Positions 10,149 to 20,090 of a stretch of DNA of 36,471 nucleotides are shown here, one piece after another. The stretch spans positions 1 through 36,471 of the forward strand of contig CALWTG010000002.1 of NCBI GenBank assembly GCA_944384385.1, read 5' to 3'. Origin of the DNA: an uncultured Clostridia bacterium (GTDB lineage: Bacteria; Bacillota; Clostridia; Christensenellales; UBA1242). Numbering within the stretch: the stretch's first letter is position 1; each line of letters starts with the position of its first letter. Made by a program: the position numbers and the translations under genes. The notes under the pieces were generated by a model. The model was not told where the DNA came from and did no database searches. It was given only the letters and a program-made list of their open reading frames with translations.

Positions 10149-10883
10149 ATGCTCAGCATACAATATGATATGAAAAATATCTCAGAGAAATTTTTTCGAA
10201 AATATGTAGTCAACATTAGTTTATGTCTTATGCTCATAGTTATAGGGTCATTGACAATCCTTGGGACAACAACAAGTGTCTTTGGCAACAACAGTTACTC
10301 AGCTTATTATCACGGAAATGAAAACAACAATAATGTATCACTTATGTTCAATGTCTATATGGGTGAGCAGTACATTCCTGACATATTAAATGTCTTATCT
10401 GAAAATAATGTGAAGGTGACTTTTTTTGTTGGCGGAAGCTGGGCAATCAAACACACAGAGCTCCTTGAAGATATATTAAATCAAGGGCATGAGATTGGCA
10501 ATCATGGATATTGGCATAAAGATCATAAAACACTAAGCGCAGAAAAAAATATGAGTGAAATAGGACTGACACATGAAGTCATTAAACAAACACTTAATTA
10601 TGAAATGACATTGTTCGCACCACCAAGTGGCTCATATGGTCAGAATACTTTGAAGGTTGCACAAGATATGGGGTACAAAACAATAATGTGGAGTAAAGAT
10701 ACAATAGATTGGCGTGACCAAGACACAAATCTCATAGTTTCACGGGCGACAAAAAATCCTCAAAACGGAGATTTAATTTTGATGCATCCAACCGCATCAA
10801 CTTTAAGTGCACTTCCCGAAATTATTACTTTTTATACACAAAGTGGATATAAATTGACAACTGTTTCCGAAAATATTTTATAA
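10149..10883 (+). CDS. Polysaccharide deacetylase family sporulation protein (YlxY/PdaB-like)
   Basis: 244 aa with an N-terminal TM and a NodB-type domain: LMFNVYMGEQY...VKVTFFVGG, HEIGNHGYWH. Its position directly after pnp matches Bacillus ylxY. The start is uncertain (ATG 10149 or ATG 10170); neither has a good SD. Confidence 0.8.
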   Translation: MLSIQYDMKNISEKFFRKYVVNISLCLMLIVIGSLTILGTTTSVFGNNSYSAYYHGNENNNNVSLMFNVYMGEQYIPDILNVLSENNVKVTFFVGGSWAIKHTELLEDILNQGHEIGNHGYWHKDHKTLSAEKNMSEIGLTHEVIKQTLNYEMTLFAPPSGSYGQNTLKVAQDMGYKTIMWSKDTIDWRDQDTNLIVSRATKNPQNGDLILMHPTASTLSALPEIITFYTQSGYKLTTVSENIL

Positions 10884-10896
10884 TTTAAACTTGCAG

Positions 10897-10937
10897 AAAG
10901 CTCCCACTTAGTGATATACTCTAAGTGGAGTTTTATT
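10897..10937 (+). terminator. Intrinsic terminator after the deacetylase gene; 3' arm contains the ftsK SD
   Basis: CTCC(C)ACTTAG (10901-10911), 9-nt loop, CTAAGTGGAG (10921-10930), then TTTTATT. Upstream AAAG can pair with the T-run. Confidence 0.65.
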
Positions 10938-13643
10938 GTGACAGTTTATAACTTATCAAGACAACCTAAAAAAGAAAAAACGGTTAAGGATAGAAATAAA
11001 ATTATCGGCATAATTTTGCTGGTTGTTTCTTCTATTGCTTTTTTGTCGCTTCTTACAAGTTTTATTCAATTTTTAAAGTCCTTTCTTTTGGGGGTTTTTG
11101 GACTTTTTTCATATCCATTGTTTATAACAGTGTTTGTAATAGGTTTGGCACTTGTTAACAACAAAAAGTATGTCATGACGGCAAAATATGTCGTTTATCT
11201 TTTGTGTGCACTAATTTCTCTTCTTTGCATTTTGCATATGCTGTTTATTGATAAATCAGGCACGTTTTTTGAATATCTAGGCAGGTGCTACACTCAAAAG
11301 ATGTCAGTCGGGGGAATAATGTGTGGAATTTTAACTGCACCATTTATATTTTTACTAAGTGAAGCAGGCGCCTACATTTTATTTAGTATTGCACTGATTA
11401 TATTTGGTGCGCTTCTTGCTGACTATATTTTTTATTTAAACAAATCTCAAACTTTAAAAAAACCTATACAAATATCTTCACAATTACCAAAAATTGAAAG
11501 TACAGAGAGCACACCTAAAAAGCAACAAAAAGTTCCAACACCAAATATAGTTCTTGATGCAAAGCTTGAAAGCGAACCACTTGATGACGCATCAAAGCGT
11601 ATTGTTGGCACAATATCGACCAATGTTGAAAAGCAACCACAATCACAGCCACAAAATGCGCCTATTGAATTAAACGACAAGGAAGCACTGAAAAAGTTTT
11701 TGTTTAGCAAAGATGATACAGTAAAAATTGATATGACGAAATATAAGGGCAACACAAGACCTATTATTTCAAGTAGCAAAATTCAAGACAACATAAACAT
11801 TTTGAAAAAGCAAGACAAGTCAGAAGAAGTTACTCCTTCAAAAGTAGTTCATGATTTTTCTGTGTCGCTTAATGAACAAGACAATATTGACAAAGAGGAA
11901 AAGCCTTTTATTGCACCAGCAGTCAATGCTGATAGCTCTTCACAAGTCGAGAAAAAGCCTTCAAATAACGATGTTCAAAGTACAGAAGACTTTGCTGAAA
12001 ATGTTTTGGCATCACTTATTAAAGATACCAAGATTGACACAGACGCAAAGCCACTCAAGCCTGAGAACAGTCGTAGGGGACTTAGAAATCTCAATCTTGA
12101 CTCAGAATACCAAAAACCTAAGATGGAGCAACAAAAACTTGATACAGAGCCTCTTAAACCTAAAAAACCTCATCGCTATGTCCAGCCATCACTTGAACTT
12201 TTGACTACGCGTTCAATGGATTTAAGCGAACTTAACGAAGATGTTATGTTAAAACGCCAACAACTTGAAGCAGCACTTGACACCTTTGGAATACCTGCAA
12301 AAGTTATTGAAGTCGTAGTTGGTCCTGCGGTAACAAGATATGAACTTGAAATGCCTGCGGGAATTTCTGTTAAGAAAATCTTAGCACATTCTGACGATAT
12401 TGCTTTAAACCTTGCTGCCAATGGTGATATTCGTATTGAAGCCCCAATACCAGGAAAGAGCGCAGTGGGTATTGAAGTACCAAACGAAAAAATTGCAACA
12501 GTTGGTCTAAAAGACATTATGGCATCGCAAGAATTTCAAAACGCCAAGGCCCCACTTACTTTTGTCCTTGGTAAAGATATTTCAGGCGCAGTAAGGCTTT
12601 GTAATTTGGCAAAGATGCCACACCTTTTGGTTGCTGGTTCAACGGGTAGTGGTAAATCAGTATGTTTGAACGCAATAATTTTGAGTTTGATTTACAAAAC
12701 AAGTCCTGACGATGTGAGACTTATCCTTATTGACCCAAAACAAGTTGAATTTTCAATATACAATGGCTTGCCACACCTTTTAATTCCAAACGTCATCACA
12801 GACCCAGACAAAGCACTGAACGCTCTTTCATGGGCAGTTAATGAAATGGAGAGAAGATACTCATTATTCAAAGACACAAGGACAAAAGATATAACAGAAT
12901 ACAATACTTCAAGTGCAGTTATGGAAGGCACTAATGAAAAACTGCCATATATTGTTGTTATTGTTGATGAGCTTGCTGACCTTTTGATGAGTGCTAAAAA
13001 AGATGTTGAAGAAAAACTCACTCGACTTGCTGCAAAATCAAGAGCAGCGGGCATACACTTGATTTTGGCGACACAAAGACCATCTGTTGATGTTATTACA
13101 GGAACAATGAAAAACAACTTCCCATCAAGAATTTCTTTCAAACTTATGAGTTTTGCTGATAGCCGAACAATATTGGATCAAGGTGGGGCAGAAAAACTTC
13201 TTGGAAGAGGTGATATGCTCTATAAACCTAATGATGCACCAGAGCCAAGACGTATTCAAGGATGTTTTGTTACATCTTCAGAAGTTGCGAATATAGTTGA
13301 TTTTGTCAAAGAGAACAACAAAGATTATGACTACGATGATAAAGTTGAAACACAAATTCAAAATCCACCACAAGACATAATGGCGAGTGCCAATGGTGAC
13401 AATGTTTCCGATGGCTTTGACCCACTTATGCCTCAGGCACTTAGATGTGTTATTGAAAATGGTCAAGCATCAATTTCAATGCTTCAAAGACGTTTAGTTA
13501 TTGGTTATCCACGTGCCGCAAGAATTATTGACCAAATGCAAGACCACAACTTCATTTCAGCACAAGACGGAAGTAAACCTCGTACTGTGCTCATTACCAA
13601 GGAGCAATATATAGATTTATTTGGAGAGATAAATGACAATTGA
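10938..13643 (+). CDS. ftsK: DNA translocase FtsK/SpoIIIE
   Basis: N-terminal TM segments are followed by a low-complexity linker and a motor domain with Walker A GSTGSGKS and Walker B IVVIVDELAD, then a C-terminal gamma winged-helix (RRLVIGYPRAARIIDQM). I prefer GTG 10938 (GGAG 7 nt upstream). The ORF track starts in frame at GTG 10911. Confidence 0.9.
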   Translation: MTVYNLSRQPKKEKTVKDRNKIIGIILLVVSSIAFLSLLTSFIQFLKSFLLGVFGLFSYPLFITVFVIGLALVNNKKYVMTAKYVVYLLCALISLLCILHMLFIDKSGTFFEYLGRCYTQKMSVGGIMCGILTAPFIFLLSEAGAYILFSIALIIFGALLADYIFYLNKSQTLKKPIQISSQLPKIESTESTPKKQQKVPTPNIVLDAKLESEPLDDASKRIVGTISTNVEKQPQSQPQNAPIELNDKEALKKFLFSKDDTVKIDMTKYKGNTRPIISSSKIQDNINILKKQDKSEEVTPSKVVHDFSVSLNEQDNIDKEEKPFIAPAVNADSSSQVEKKPSNNDVQSTEDFAENVLASLIKDTKIDTDAKPLKPENSRRGLRNLNLDSEYQKPKMEQQKLDTEPLKPKKPHRYVQPSLELLTTRSMDLSELNEDVMLKRQQLEAALDTFGIPAKVIEVVVGPAVTRYELEMPAGISVKKILAHSDDIALNLAANGDIRIEAPIPGKSAVGIEVPNEKIATVGLKDIMASQEFQNAKAPLTFVLGKDISGAVRLCNLAKMPHLLVAGSTGSGKSVCLNAIILSLIYKTSPDDVRLILIDPKQVEFSIYNGLPHLLIPNVITDPDKALNALSWAVNEMERRYSLFKDTRTKDITEYNTSSAVMEGTNEKLPYIVVIVDELADLLMSAKKDVEEKLTRLAAKSRAAGIHLILATQRPSVDVITGTMKNNFPSRISFKLMSFADSRTILDQGGAEKLLGRGDMLYKPNDAPEPRRIQGCFVTSSEVANIVDFVKENNKDYDYDDKVETQIQNPPQDIMASANGDNVSDGFDPLMPQALRCVIENGQASISMLQRRLVIGYPRAARIIDQMQDHNFISAQDGSKPRTVLITKEQYIDLFGEINDN

Positions 13644-14946
13644 AGAACTAAAGACAAAAAAGATTTCGGCAATAAGCCTTGGATGTGACAAAAACAGGGT
13701 GGACCTTGAGCATATGCTGGGGGCACTCTCAGATTTTGGCTTTGAAATAGTACCAAATATTGAGGATGCAGAGATATTGATTGTAAATACCTGTGCATTC
13801 ATATCATCGGCAGTCAAAGAGGCTATTGATAATATTTTCCTTGCACTAAAACAAAAAGAAAACAAATGCGAAAAGGTGATTGTAACAGGGTGTTTAAATG
13901 AAAGATATTTAGATTCCTTGAAAAAAGAAATACCAGAAGTTGATGCTTTTGTCAGAGTAAAAGACAATGATCAAATTTTAAAAGTAATATTTGACTTGTA
14001 TGAGATTGAGCATAAAGATAGATTCAAAAACCAAGGAAGATTACTCACAACACCATCTCACTACGCATACTTAAAAATTGCTGATGGTTGCAATAATGGC
14101 TGTGCATATTGCACAATTCCAAGAATACGTGGGCGATATAAATCTGTACCAATGGACGATGTTGTTAAAGAAGCAAAGATTTTGGCATCAATGGGAGTAA
14201 AAGAACTCATTGTTGTTGCACAAGATGTTTCGAGATATGGTGAAGATTTGTACGGTCAAGTGATGCTAATTCCTCTTCTTGAAAAACTTTCCAAAATTCG
14301 TGATATAAAATGGATTAGATTGCATTACCTCTATCCAGAGATGATAAACGATGAGCTTCTTGATTATATCTATGAAAATGAAAAGATTTGTAAATACTTA
14401 GACATACCACTCCAACACATTGACGATGATATACTTCGTGAAATGAACAGAAAACTTGATGAAGCAAAGACAAGAGAACTTATACAAAAAATACAACAAA
14501 AGTATCCAAAAATTGCACTTAGGTCAACTTACATAGTCGGTTTCCCCGGTGAAACTAAGAAGAAGTTTAACAAACTCTTAGATTTTATTCAGCAATATCC
14601 AATGCCAGATGTGGGTTTTTTCCCATATTACAGAGAAGACAAGACCAAAGCTTACTATATGAAACAAATTCCTGCATTTAAAAAGAAATTAAGACTAAAA
14701 AAGATATATGCTGTTCAAAAAATTGTGAGTGATGAACTAAACTCAAAAAGAGTTGGCGAAGTTGTTGAAGCCGTTGTTGACGCTTATGATGAGCAAAATG
14801 ATTGCTTTATATTAAGAGACCAATATTCATCACCAAACATTGATTTCGTGATAGAAGTTAGTGCACAAAATTTAAAAATTGGGCAGTTTTATAATGTAAA
14901 ACTTACTGATTATAAAAATGATGTATTTAAAGGAGAAATTGTATGA
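13633..14946 (+). CDS. rimO: Ribosomal protein S12 methylthiotransferase RimO
   Basis: 437 aa. The N-terminal ISLGCDKNRVDLE (MTTase N domain, RimO-like) is followed by the radical SAM motif GCNNGCAYCTIP and a C-terminal TRAM domain. rimO-pgsA-cinA-recA synteny supports the call. Confidence 0.85.
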   Translation: MTIEELKTKKISAISLGCDKNRVDLEHMLGALSDFGFEIVPNIEDAEILIVNTCAFISSAVKEAIDNIFLALKQKENKCEKVIVTGCLNERYLDSLKKEIPEVDAFVRVKDNDQILKVIFDLYEIEHKDRFKNQGRLLTTPSHYAYLKIADGCNNGCAYCTIPRIRGRYKSVPMDDVVKEAKILASMGVKELIVVAQDVSRYGEDLYGQVMLIPLLEKLSKIRDIKWIRLHYLYPEMINDELLDYIYENEKICKYLDIPLQHIDDDILREMNRKLDEAKTRELIQKIQQKYPKIALRSTYIVGFPGETKKKFNKLLDFIQQYPMPDVGFFPYYREDKTKAYYMKQIPAFKKKLRLKKIYAVQKIVSDELNSKRVGEVVEAVVDAYDEQNDCFILRDQYSSPNIDFVIEVSAQNLKIGQFYNVKLTDYKNDVFKGEIV

Positions 14947-15518
14947 ATTTACCAAATAAGTTAAGTATTTTAAGAATATGTTTTATACCGTTTGTTATGT
15001 TTTTCTACTTGCAACCGTTTTGGACATGGGGCAAAATTGTTGCAGTCGTGCTTTTCGTTCTTGCCGTTTTAACTGACACACTTGACGGTTACATCGCAAG
15101 AAAGTACAATATGGTCACAGACCTTGGTAAACTACTCGATACCAATGCAGATAAGATACTTGTCTTGTCGGCACTACTTATGGTCATTTGCGACGGCACA
15201 ATTATGGCACCATATGGCGTAATCGTGGCAACAATTATTATCGGCAGGGATATGGTGATAAGTGCTTTTAGACAAATCGCAGCATCAAAAAATTTTGTAA
15301 TGGCTGCCGACAAACTTGGAAAAATTAAAGCAATTTTTACAGATGTCGCAATGATTTTATTTATGCTACTTAGTTACTTTAATTTAATTGCAGTAAACCA
15401 AACATTTTTGAATGTATACACAATCGTATCTTACGTTATTTTGGGAATAGCTGTGATATTGACAATTTGGTCAATGCTTAATTATATGATAAAAAATAGA
15501 CGTGTTATTAAGGAATAA
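14943..15518 (+). CDS. pgsA: CDP-diacylglycerol--glycerol-3-phosphate 3-phosphatidyltransferase
   Basis: 191 aa membrane protein with the CDP-alcohol phosphatidyltransferase motif DTLDGYIARKYNMVTDLGKLLDTNADK. Confidence 0.9.
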   Translation: MNLPNKLSILRICFIPFVMFFYLQPFWTWGKIVAVVLFVLAVLTDTLDGYIARKYNMVTDLGKLLDTNADKILVLSALLMVICDGTIMAPYGVIVATIIIGRDMVISAFRQIAASKNFVMAADKLGKIKAIFTDVAMILFMLLSYFNLIAVNQTFLNVYTIVSYVILGIAVILTIWSMLNYMIKNRRVIKE

Positions 15519-15521
15519 CAT

Positions 15522-16745
15522 ATGGTTTCAATTTATACTATTTCAGATAAATCGCTTATGGGCAAAGAACTCAACATTTTATCTTCATACCTTAGCGAAA
15601 GTTTATTTAAAAACAATTTTAGAATAGATAAGCAATGTATATTATCAAATAATATAGATTTTAATTCTCAGCTAAATATCGCTTTGAAAGGCAACGATAT
15701 ATATATTTTTTTGGTTGATAAAGCAAGTTTGGCATTAAACCAATATATTGCCACTCTTTGTGATTCTGCACTGATTGACAATCCATATTTAAAAAATGCT
15801 CTTTTTGATTACAATAAAAAGCACAATCAAGTTCCAACAAAAGACGATGAAAATGAATGGAAAATACCATCTATCGCAAGAGCTGTCGTCAATCCACGTG
15901 GAAGTGTGCAAGGCTATATTGTGACATATAAAAGTGATATATTTTGCGTTTTACCAAACAACTACATTGATGCAAGAGATATGTTTGATGATGTTGTTTT
16001 GGACTTTATCCTTAGCAATCAAAAGAAGAAATATAAAAGTTATACTTTTAAAACTTTTGGGCTGTCAGAAAATGGTATAATTCAAGCAATTTATTCTGAA
16101 ATAAAAAACAAATTCAAAGTGTCAATAAACCTTTTTGCAAAGCCATTTGAAGTTGATATAGTCCTAAAAGCAGGGGCTGAGAATGAACATCTTGAAGATG
16201 TTGCTAAAAATGTTTTGCTTAAACTTGATAAATTCATTTATGCCGTTGAAGATGTGCCGATTGAAAAAGTGCTTTATGAACTTTTAAAAATGAATGACAT
16301 AAAGATTGGCTTTGTTGAAGATGTCACTTGTGGCGAGCTTATGTCAAGGTTAAATAGGCAGGCTCCCGATGCCAAAAATTATATTGCGCCAAGTTTGGTG
16401 CTAACTTCAAAAGAAGACAAAAAAGAAAAGCTTAATATACAAAACGACATAGATACAGGAGATGTTGACGCAAATGTTGTTTATAGTATTGCAGTTGAAT
16501 ATTTAAAACAAAACAAAAGTGCGAACTTAGTTATTGCAACGGTAGGCACAACAACATCAGTAAATAATCTTACTAGTGGGCTTAGTTACATTGCAGTGGG
16601 TGACAGAAATGAAATTCACGTTTATAAAAATATTTTCAAAGGCTCACACGAGGAGATTGTGGACTGTATATGCACTGCTAGTTATTTTTATTTAATAAAA
16701 AAATTGAAAAAAAATGATTTTCATTTTGAGCAAATTACTGTATAA
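15522..16745 (+). CDS. CinA-like protein, strongly diverged
   Basis: 407 aa, in the cinA slot between pgsA and recA and of CinA length. The N-terminus parallels CinA (IYTISDKSLMGKELN vs IIAVGTELLLGQIVN). The GGLGPTxDD motif and the ESCTGG motif (here EDVTCGE) are not conserved. Confidence 0.5.
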   Translation: MVSIYTISDKSLMGKELNILSSYLSESLFKNNFRIDKQCILSNNIDFNSQLNIALKGNDIYIFLVDKASLALNQYIATLCDSALIDNPYLKNALFDYNKKHNQVPTKDDENEWKIPSIARAVVNPRGSVQGYIVTYKSDIFCVLPNNYIDARDMFDDVVLDFILSNQKKKYKSYTFKTFGLSENGIIQAIYSEIKNKFKVSINLFAKPFEVDIVLKAGAENEHLEDVAKNVLLKLDKFIYAVEDVPIEKVLYELLKMNDIKIGFVEDVTCGELMSRLNRQAPDAKNYIAPSLVLTSKEDKKEKLNIQNDIDTGDVDANVVYSIAVEYLKQNKSANLVIATVGTTTSVNNLTSGLSYIAVGDRNEIHVYKNIFKGSHEEIVDCICTASYFYLIKKLKKNDFHFEQITV

Positions 16746-16777
16746 TAGAGTAGAAAATTTGGAGGAAATTAGGAAAA

Positions 16778-17764
16778 ATGGACGAGAACAAGAAGAAATC
16801 ACTTGACCAAGCAATTCTTGCAATAGAAAAACAATTCGGCAAAGGTGCAATAATGCGTCTTGGTGATGCACCAGTACAAAAAATTGATGTCATACCAACA
16901 GGATGCTTGCCTCTTGATATAGCATTAGGCGTTGGCGGTGTTCCTCGTGGCAGAATTGTTGAAATATATGGACCAGAATCATCTGGTAAAACTACAATAG
17001 CTCTTCACATAATTGCAGAGGCACAAAAGGCAGGCGGCACTGCTGCATTTATTGATGCAGAACACGCACTTGATCCTATATATGCTGAGCATTTGGGCGT
17101 TAATGTTAGTGACCTTTATGTCTCTCAGCCAGATAACGGAGAACAAGCTCTTGATATTTGTGACACACTTGTTAGAACCGCAAGTGTTGATGTCGTTGTT
17201 GTCGACTCTGTCGCTGCACTAACACCAAAGGCAGAAATAGACGGGGATATGGGTGAAAATCATGTAGGATTGCAAGCAAGACTTATGAGTCAAGCATTAA
17301 GAAAACTTGCTGGAATTGCAAACAAAAGTAAGACCTGCATAATCTTTATTAACCAATTAAGAGAAAAAATTGGAGTTATGTTTGGTAACCCAGAGACCAC
17401 AGCGGGAGGAAAAGCTCTTAAATTTTATGCAAGTGTTAGAATGGACGTAAGAAGAGTTGACACAATAAAAAATGGTGACGAGTTTGTCGGCAACAGAACA
17501 AAAATTAAAATTGTCAAGAACAAACTTGCACCACCTTTCAAAACTGTGGAATTTGATATAATTTACGGCAAAGGCATTTCAAAGACAGGTTGTATACTTG
17601 ATATGGCAGTTGAACAAGGCTTTTGTCAAAAAACTGGCTCTTGGTTCTCATATAACGATGAAAAAATCGGTCAAGGCAAAGAAAACGCCAAGAAATATCT
17701 TGAAGACAATCCAAATGTCATGGAAGAAATTGAGAGCAAAATTAAAGAAAAGCTCCACATTTAA
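16778..17764 (+). CDS. recA: Recombinase RecA
   Basis: 328 aa with Walker [19 protein letters not shown], and the L2 region [22 protein letters not shown]. Confidence 0.98.
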   Translation: MDENKKKSLDQAILAIEKQFGKGAIMRLGDAPVQKIDVIPTGCLPLDIALGVGGVPRGRIVEIYGPESSGKTTIALHIIAEAQKAGGTAAFIDAEHALDPIYAEHLGVNVSDLYVSQPDNGEQALDICDTLVRTASVDVVVVDSVAALTPKAEIDGDMGENHVGLQARLMSQALRKLAGIANKSKTCIIFINQLREKIGVMFGNPETTAGGKALKFYASVRMDVRRVDTIKNGDEFVGNRTKIKIVKNKLAPPFKTVEFDIIYGKGISKTGCILDMAVEQGFCQKTGSWFSYNDEKIGQGKENAKKYLEDNPNVMEEIESKIKEKLHI

Positions 17765-19968
17765 ACAACCAAATCAACAATGTTACTTTTATCGCTGATA
17801 ATCTCTGTGTTATCAGCGTAATTTTTTATTTTAGTGATAATAAAATACTGACTTCTTTTACTTATATCAAAACTTTGTTCGCATATTCCGCTTTGATTTG
17901 ATATCTCACTAAGTAATTTTTGCTCGCCATCACATTCACAGTATATTTCATAAATCAAATAATCTTGCGCATCAAAGCTAAGCACTGCTTTGCCATTTTC
18001 TACTTTTCCATATAGATGTGGCGGTGAAACACTTATAAATTTTGTTGACTTTTCTTTTGGTGGGTTAAACCTTGAAAAAATTTCAGTTGTTATATATCTT
18101 TGTGGTATGTAGTTGTTAGCTTTGTAAACAATGTGTTCATTATTTAAACTTAATGTGTCTATATTTTCTTTGTCTACGCTGTTTGGCATACTAAAAGGCT
18201 TTACAGTTTTATCTTTGTATATTCCATTCAAATATAACTTCATAATATCTGTTGGCAGTCCACCACCAACATAGTCAATAGGGGAATTGTCAGCATTTCC
18301 AAGCCATATTCCGACGACATCGCTTGTTGTGTATGAAATATTGTATGCGTTAGTATTTTTTGAATTTCCAACAGTACCAGTTTTTGTCGCGACTTCAAAT
18401 TTTGTATCAGAAAGCTTTCTACCTGTTCCACTTTTTGCGCAGGTTTTTAGCATATCGGTCATAAGATATGCTGTATCATCTCGTAAAACAGTCGAAGATA
18501 TTGGCTTGTTGTGATATACAATTTTACCATTTTTATCTGTGATATAATTTATAAATTTGGCCTCAGTAAATTTTCCGTTATTGGAAAATACCGAATAAGC
18601 ATTTGTAAGTTGTTTAAGTGACGTTCCATACGCCATACCACCAAGGGCAATACTCAAATTGTCATCTTTCTTATCAAATTCAATTCCACATCTTTTTGCG
18701 TAATATTTCGACTTATCAATACCTGTATAGCTTAATACTTTTACGGCAGGGATATTTAGCGACTTACTCACACAATCACGAACAGAAACATAACCATGGT
18801 ATACATCGTTGACATTTTTAGGGCTATAACCATTTATATTTATGTATTCATCATTTATTTGCGTAAGTGGTGATATTATATTTTCATTTAAGGCAGGGGC
18901 GTATACGAGTATTGGCTTAATTGCAGAGCCTGGCTGTCTTTTTGCATTTAACATCTCAACAGGGGCATTTCCATAGTATGCTTCAATTTTTTCTCCATCA
19001 GCAGAAATAGATATTCCTAAATAATCGCTATTGATATCATAGGAATTAAAGCTATCAACTAAACTTTTTTGCTTATCTGCATCATAATACGTGTATATAT
19101 TGTATTCTCCTATGGCAATGTTTTTAGCAGGCATATTTAATATATCGCACGCTTCGTTAATTACAGCACTTTGATAGGAATTTAAAGTGTTGTTAAGTAT
19201 AGGGGTTATCTTTATGTCAATATCACTAAGTCTTGCATCGTTATATGTATCGAAACTGATTTTATTATCATCAAGCATTTCGTTAAGAACAATATTGCGC
19301 CTTTGCTTTGACTTTTCCATATTTTTAATAGGTGAGTAGGCGTTAGGTGACTTTATCATGCCGGCAAGCGTCGCACTTTCACTTAGCGTCAAGTCTTTTG
19401 CAGATTTTGAGAAGTAATATCTGCTTGCATTTTCAATACCATAACAACTATCACCAAAATATATGATGTTTAAATAATATTCAAGTATTTGGTCTTTGGT
19501 TAAATTTTTTTCAAGTTTTTTAGTTAGCACAATTTCGTTTATTTTTCGTGTAAACGTCTTTTCGTTTGTTAGGTGAGTGTTTTTTATTAGCTGTTGACTT
19601 ATTGTTGATGCGCCTTCTTTTAGTTTAAACGATGTGATGTTTTTTAACATTGCCATCGCCATACGCTTGTAATTTAACCCATGATGTTTATAAAAATCTT
19701 TGTCTTCAATAGATATAAACGCTTGAATAGTATAGTCATTTAGTGTGTGCAATTTGACAAAACTACTACCCATTGTATTATCTTTTATTGGTCGGTTGTT
19801 GTTGTCAAACAAGTAAATTGACACATTTGAGTACTTTATTTTATTCAAATCGAATTGAACTTTGTCAGAAAATAGATATGTTCCAACAATAAAAAGCGAA
19901 AAAATGACTATTATACACAACAGTGTAATAGAAGAGTATAGTAAGACTTTTTTTACAACCTTTTTCAT
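17761..19968 (-). CDS. Class A penicillin-binding protein (transglycosylase/transpeptidase, PBP1A family)
   Basis: 735 aa with an N-terminal TM. GT51 motifs are present ([26 protein letters not shown]), as are the transpeptidase motifs SAIK (SxxK), SLN and KTGT. Confidence 0.9.
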   Translation of the reverse strand: MKKVVKKVLLYSSITLLCIIVIFSLFIVGTYLFSDKVQFDLNKIKYSNVSIYLFDNNNRPIKDNTMGSSFVKLHTLNDYTIQAFISIEDKDFYKHHGLNYKRMAMAMLKNITSFKLKEGASTISQQLIKNTHLTNEKTFTRKINEIVLTKKLEKNLTKDQILEYYLNIIYFGDSCYGIENASRYYFSKSAKDLTLSESATLAGMIKSPNAYSPIKNMEKSKQRRNIVLNEMLDDNKISFDTYNDARLSDIDIKITPILNNTLNSYQSAVINEACDILNMPAKNIAIGEYNIYTYYDADKQKSLVDSFNSYDINSDYLGISISADGEKIEAYYGNAPVEMLNAKRQPGSAIKPILVYAPALNENIISPLTQINDEYININGYSPKNVNDVYHGYVSVRDCVSKSLNIPAVKVLSYTGIDKSKYYAKRCGIEFDKKDDNLSIALGGMAYGTSLKQLTNAYSVFSNNGKFTEAKFINYITDKNGKIVYHNKPISSTVLRDDTAYLMTDMLKTCAKSGTGRKLSDTKFEVATKTGTVGNSKNTNAYNISYTTSDVVGIWLGNADNSPIDYVGGGLPTDIMKLYLNGIYKDKTVKPFSMPNSVDKENIDTLSLNNEHIVYKANNYIPQRYITTEIFSRFNPPKEKSTKFISVSPPHLYGKVENGKAVLSFDAQDYLIYEIYCECDGEQKLLSEISNQSGICEQSFDISKRSQYFIITKIKNYADNTEIISDKSNIVDLVV
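17793..17832 (+). terminator. recA intrinsic terminator embedded in the 3' coding end of the convergent PBP gene
   Basis: CGCTGATAA (17793-17801), 8-nt loop, TTATCAGCG (17810-17818), followed by TAATTTTTTATTTT. Confidence 0.75.
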
Positions 19969-20037
19969 ACCTAGTTTATTATGAGTATTTATTGTGTAAT
20001 TATTACCATCACAAGAAAATTTTTTAATAGATAATTA

Positions 20038-20067
20038 TTGTAAATTCATTGTCAAATAGTGTATAAT
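20038..20067 (+). promoter_or_regulatory. Sigma-A type promoter candidate for miaB-mutSL-miaA
   Basis: TTGTAA (20038-20043), 18-nt spacer, TATAAT (20062-20067), with AGGAGA SD before the ATG at 20091. Confidence 0.5.
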
Positions 20068-20090
20068 GAAAATAAAGTTTAGGAGAATTC

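Noticed and set aside
10137-10164. Sigma-E-like promoter AATATA-N14-CATACAAT just upstream of and inside the deacetylase ORF.
   Set aside because: The -10 element lies within the first codons of the ORF (ATG 10149). It would place the transcription start at or beyond the alternative ATG at 10170, leaving no leader. The geometry is inconsistent, so I did not call it, although a mother-cell promoter would make biological sense.
11447-13967. Several 60-150 aa - strand ORFs inside ftsK and rimO (11447-11779, 12176-12517, 12692-13141, 13505-13967), plus similar antisense ORFs in pnp, mutS, mutL and rel.
   Set aside because: They are antisense shadows of well-supported genes, with low-complexity or Ser/Ile-rich products and no SD or recognisable motif.
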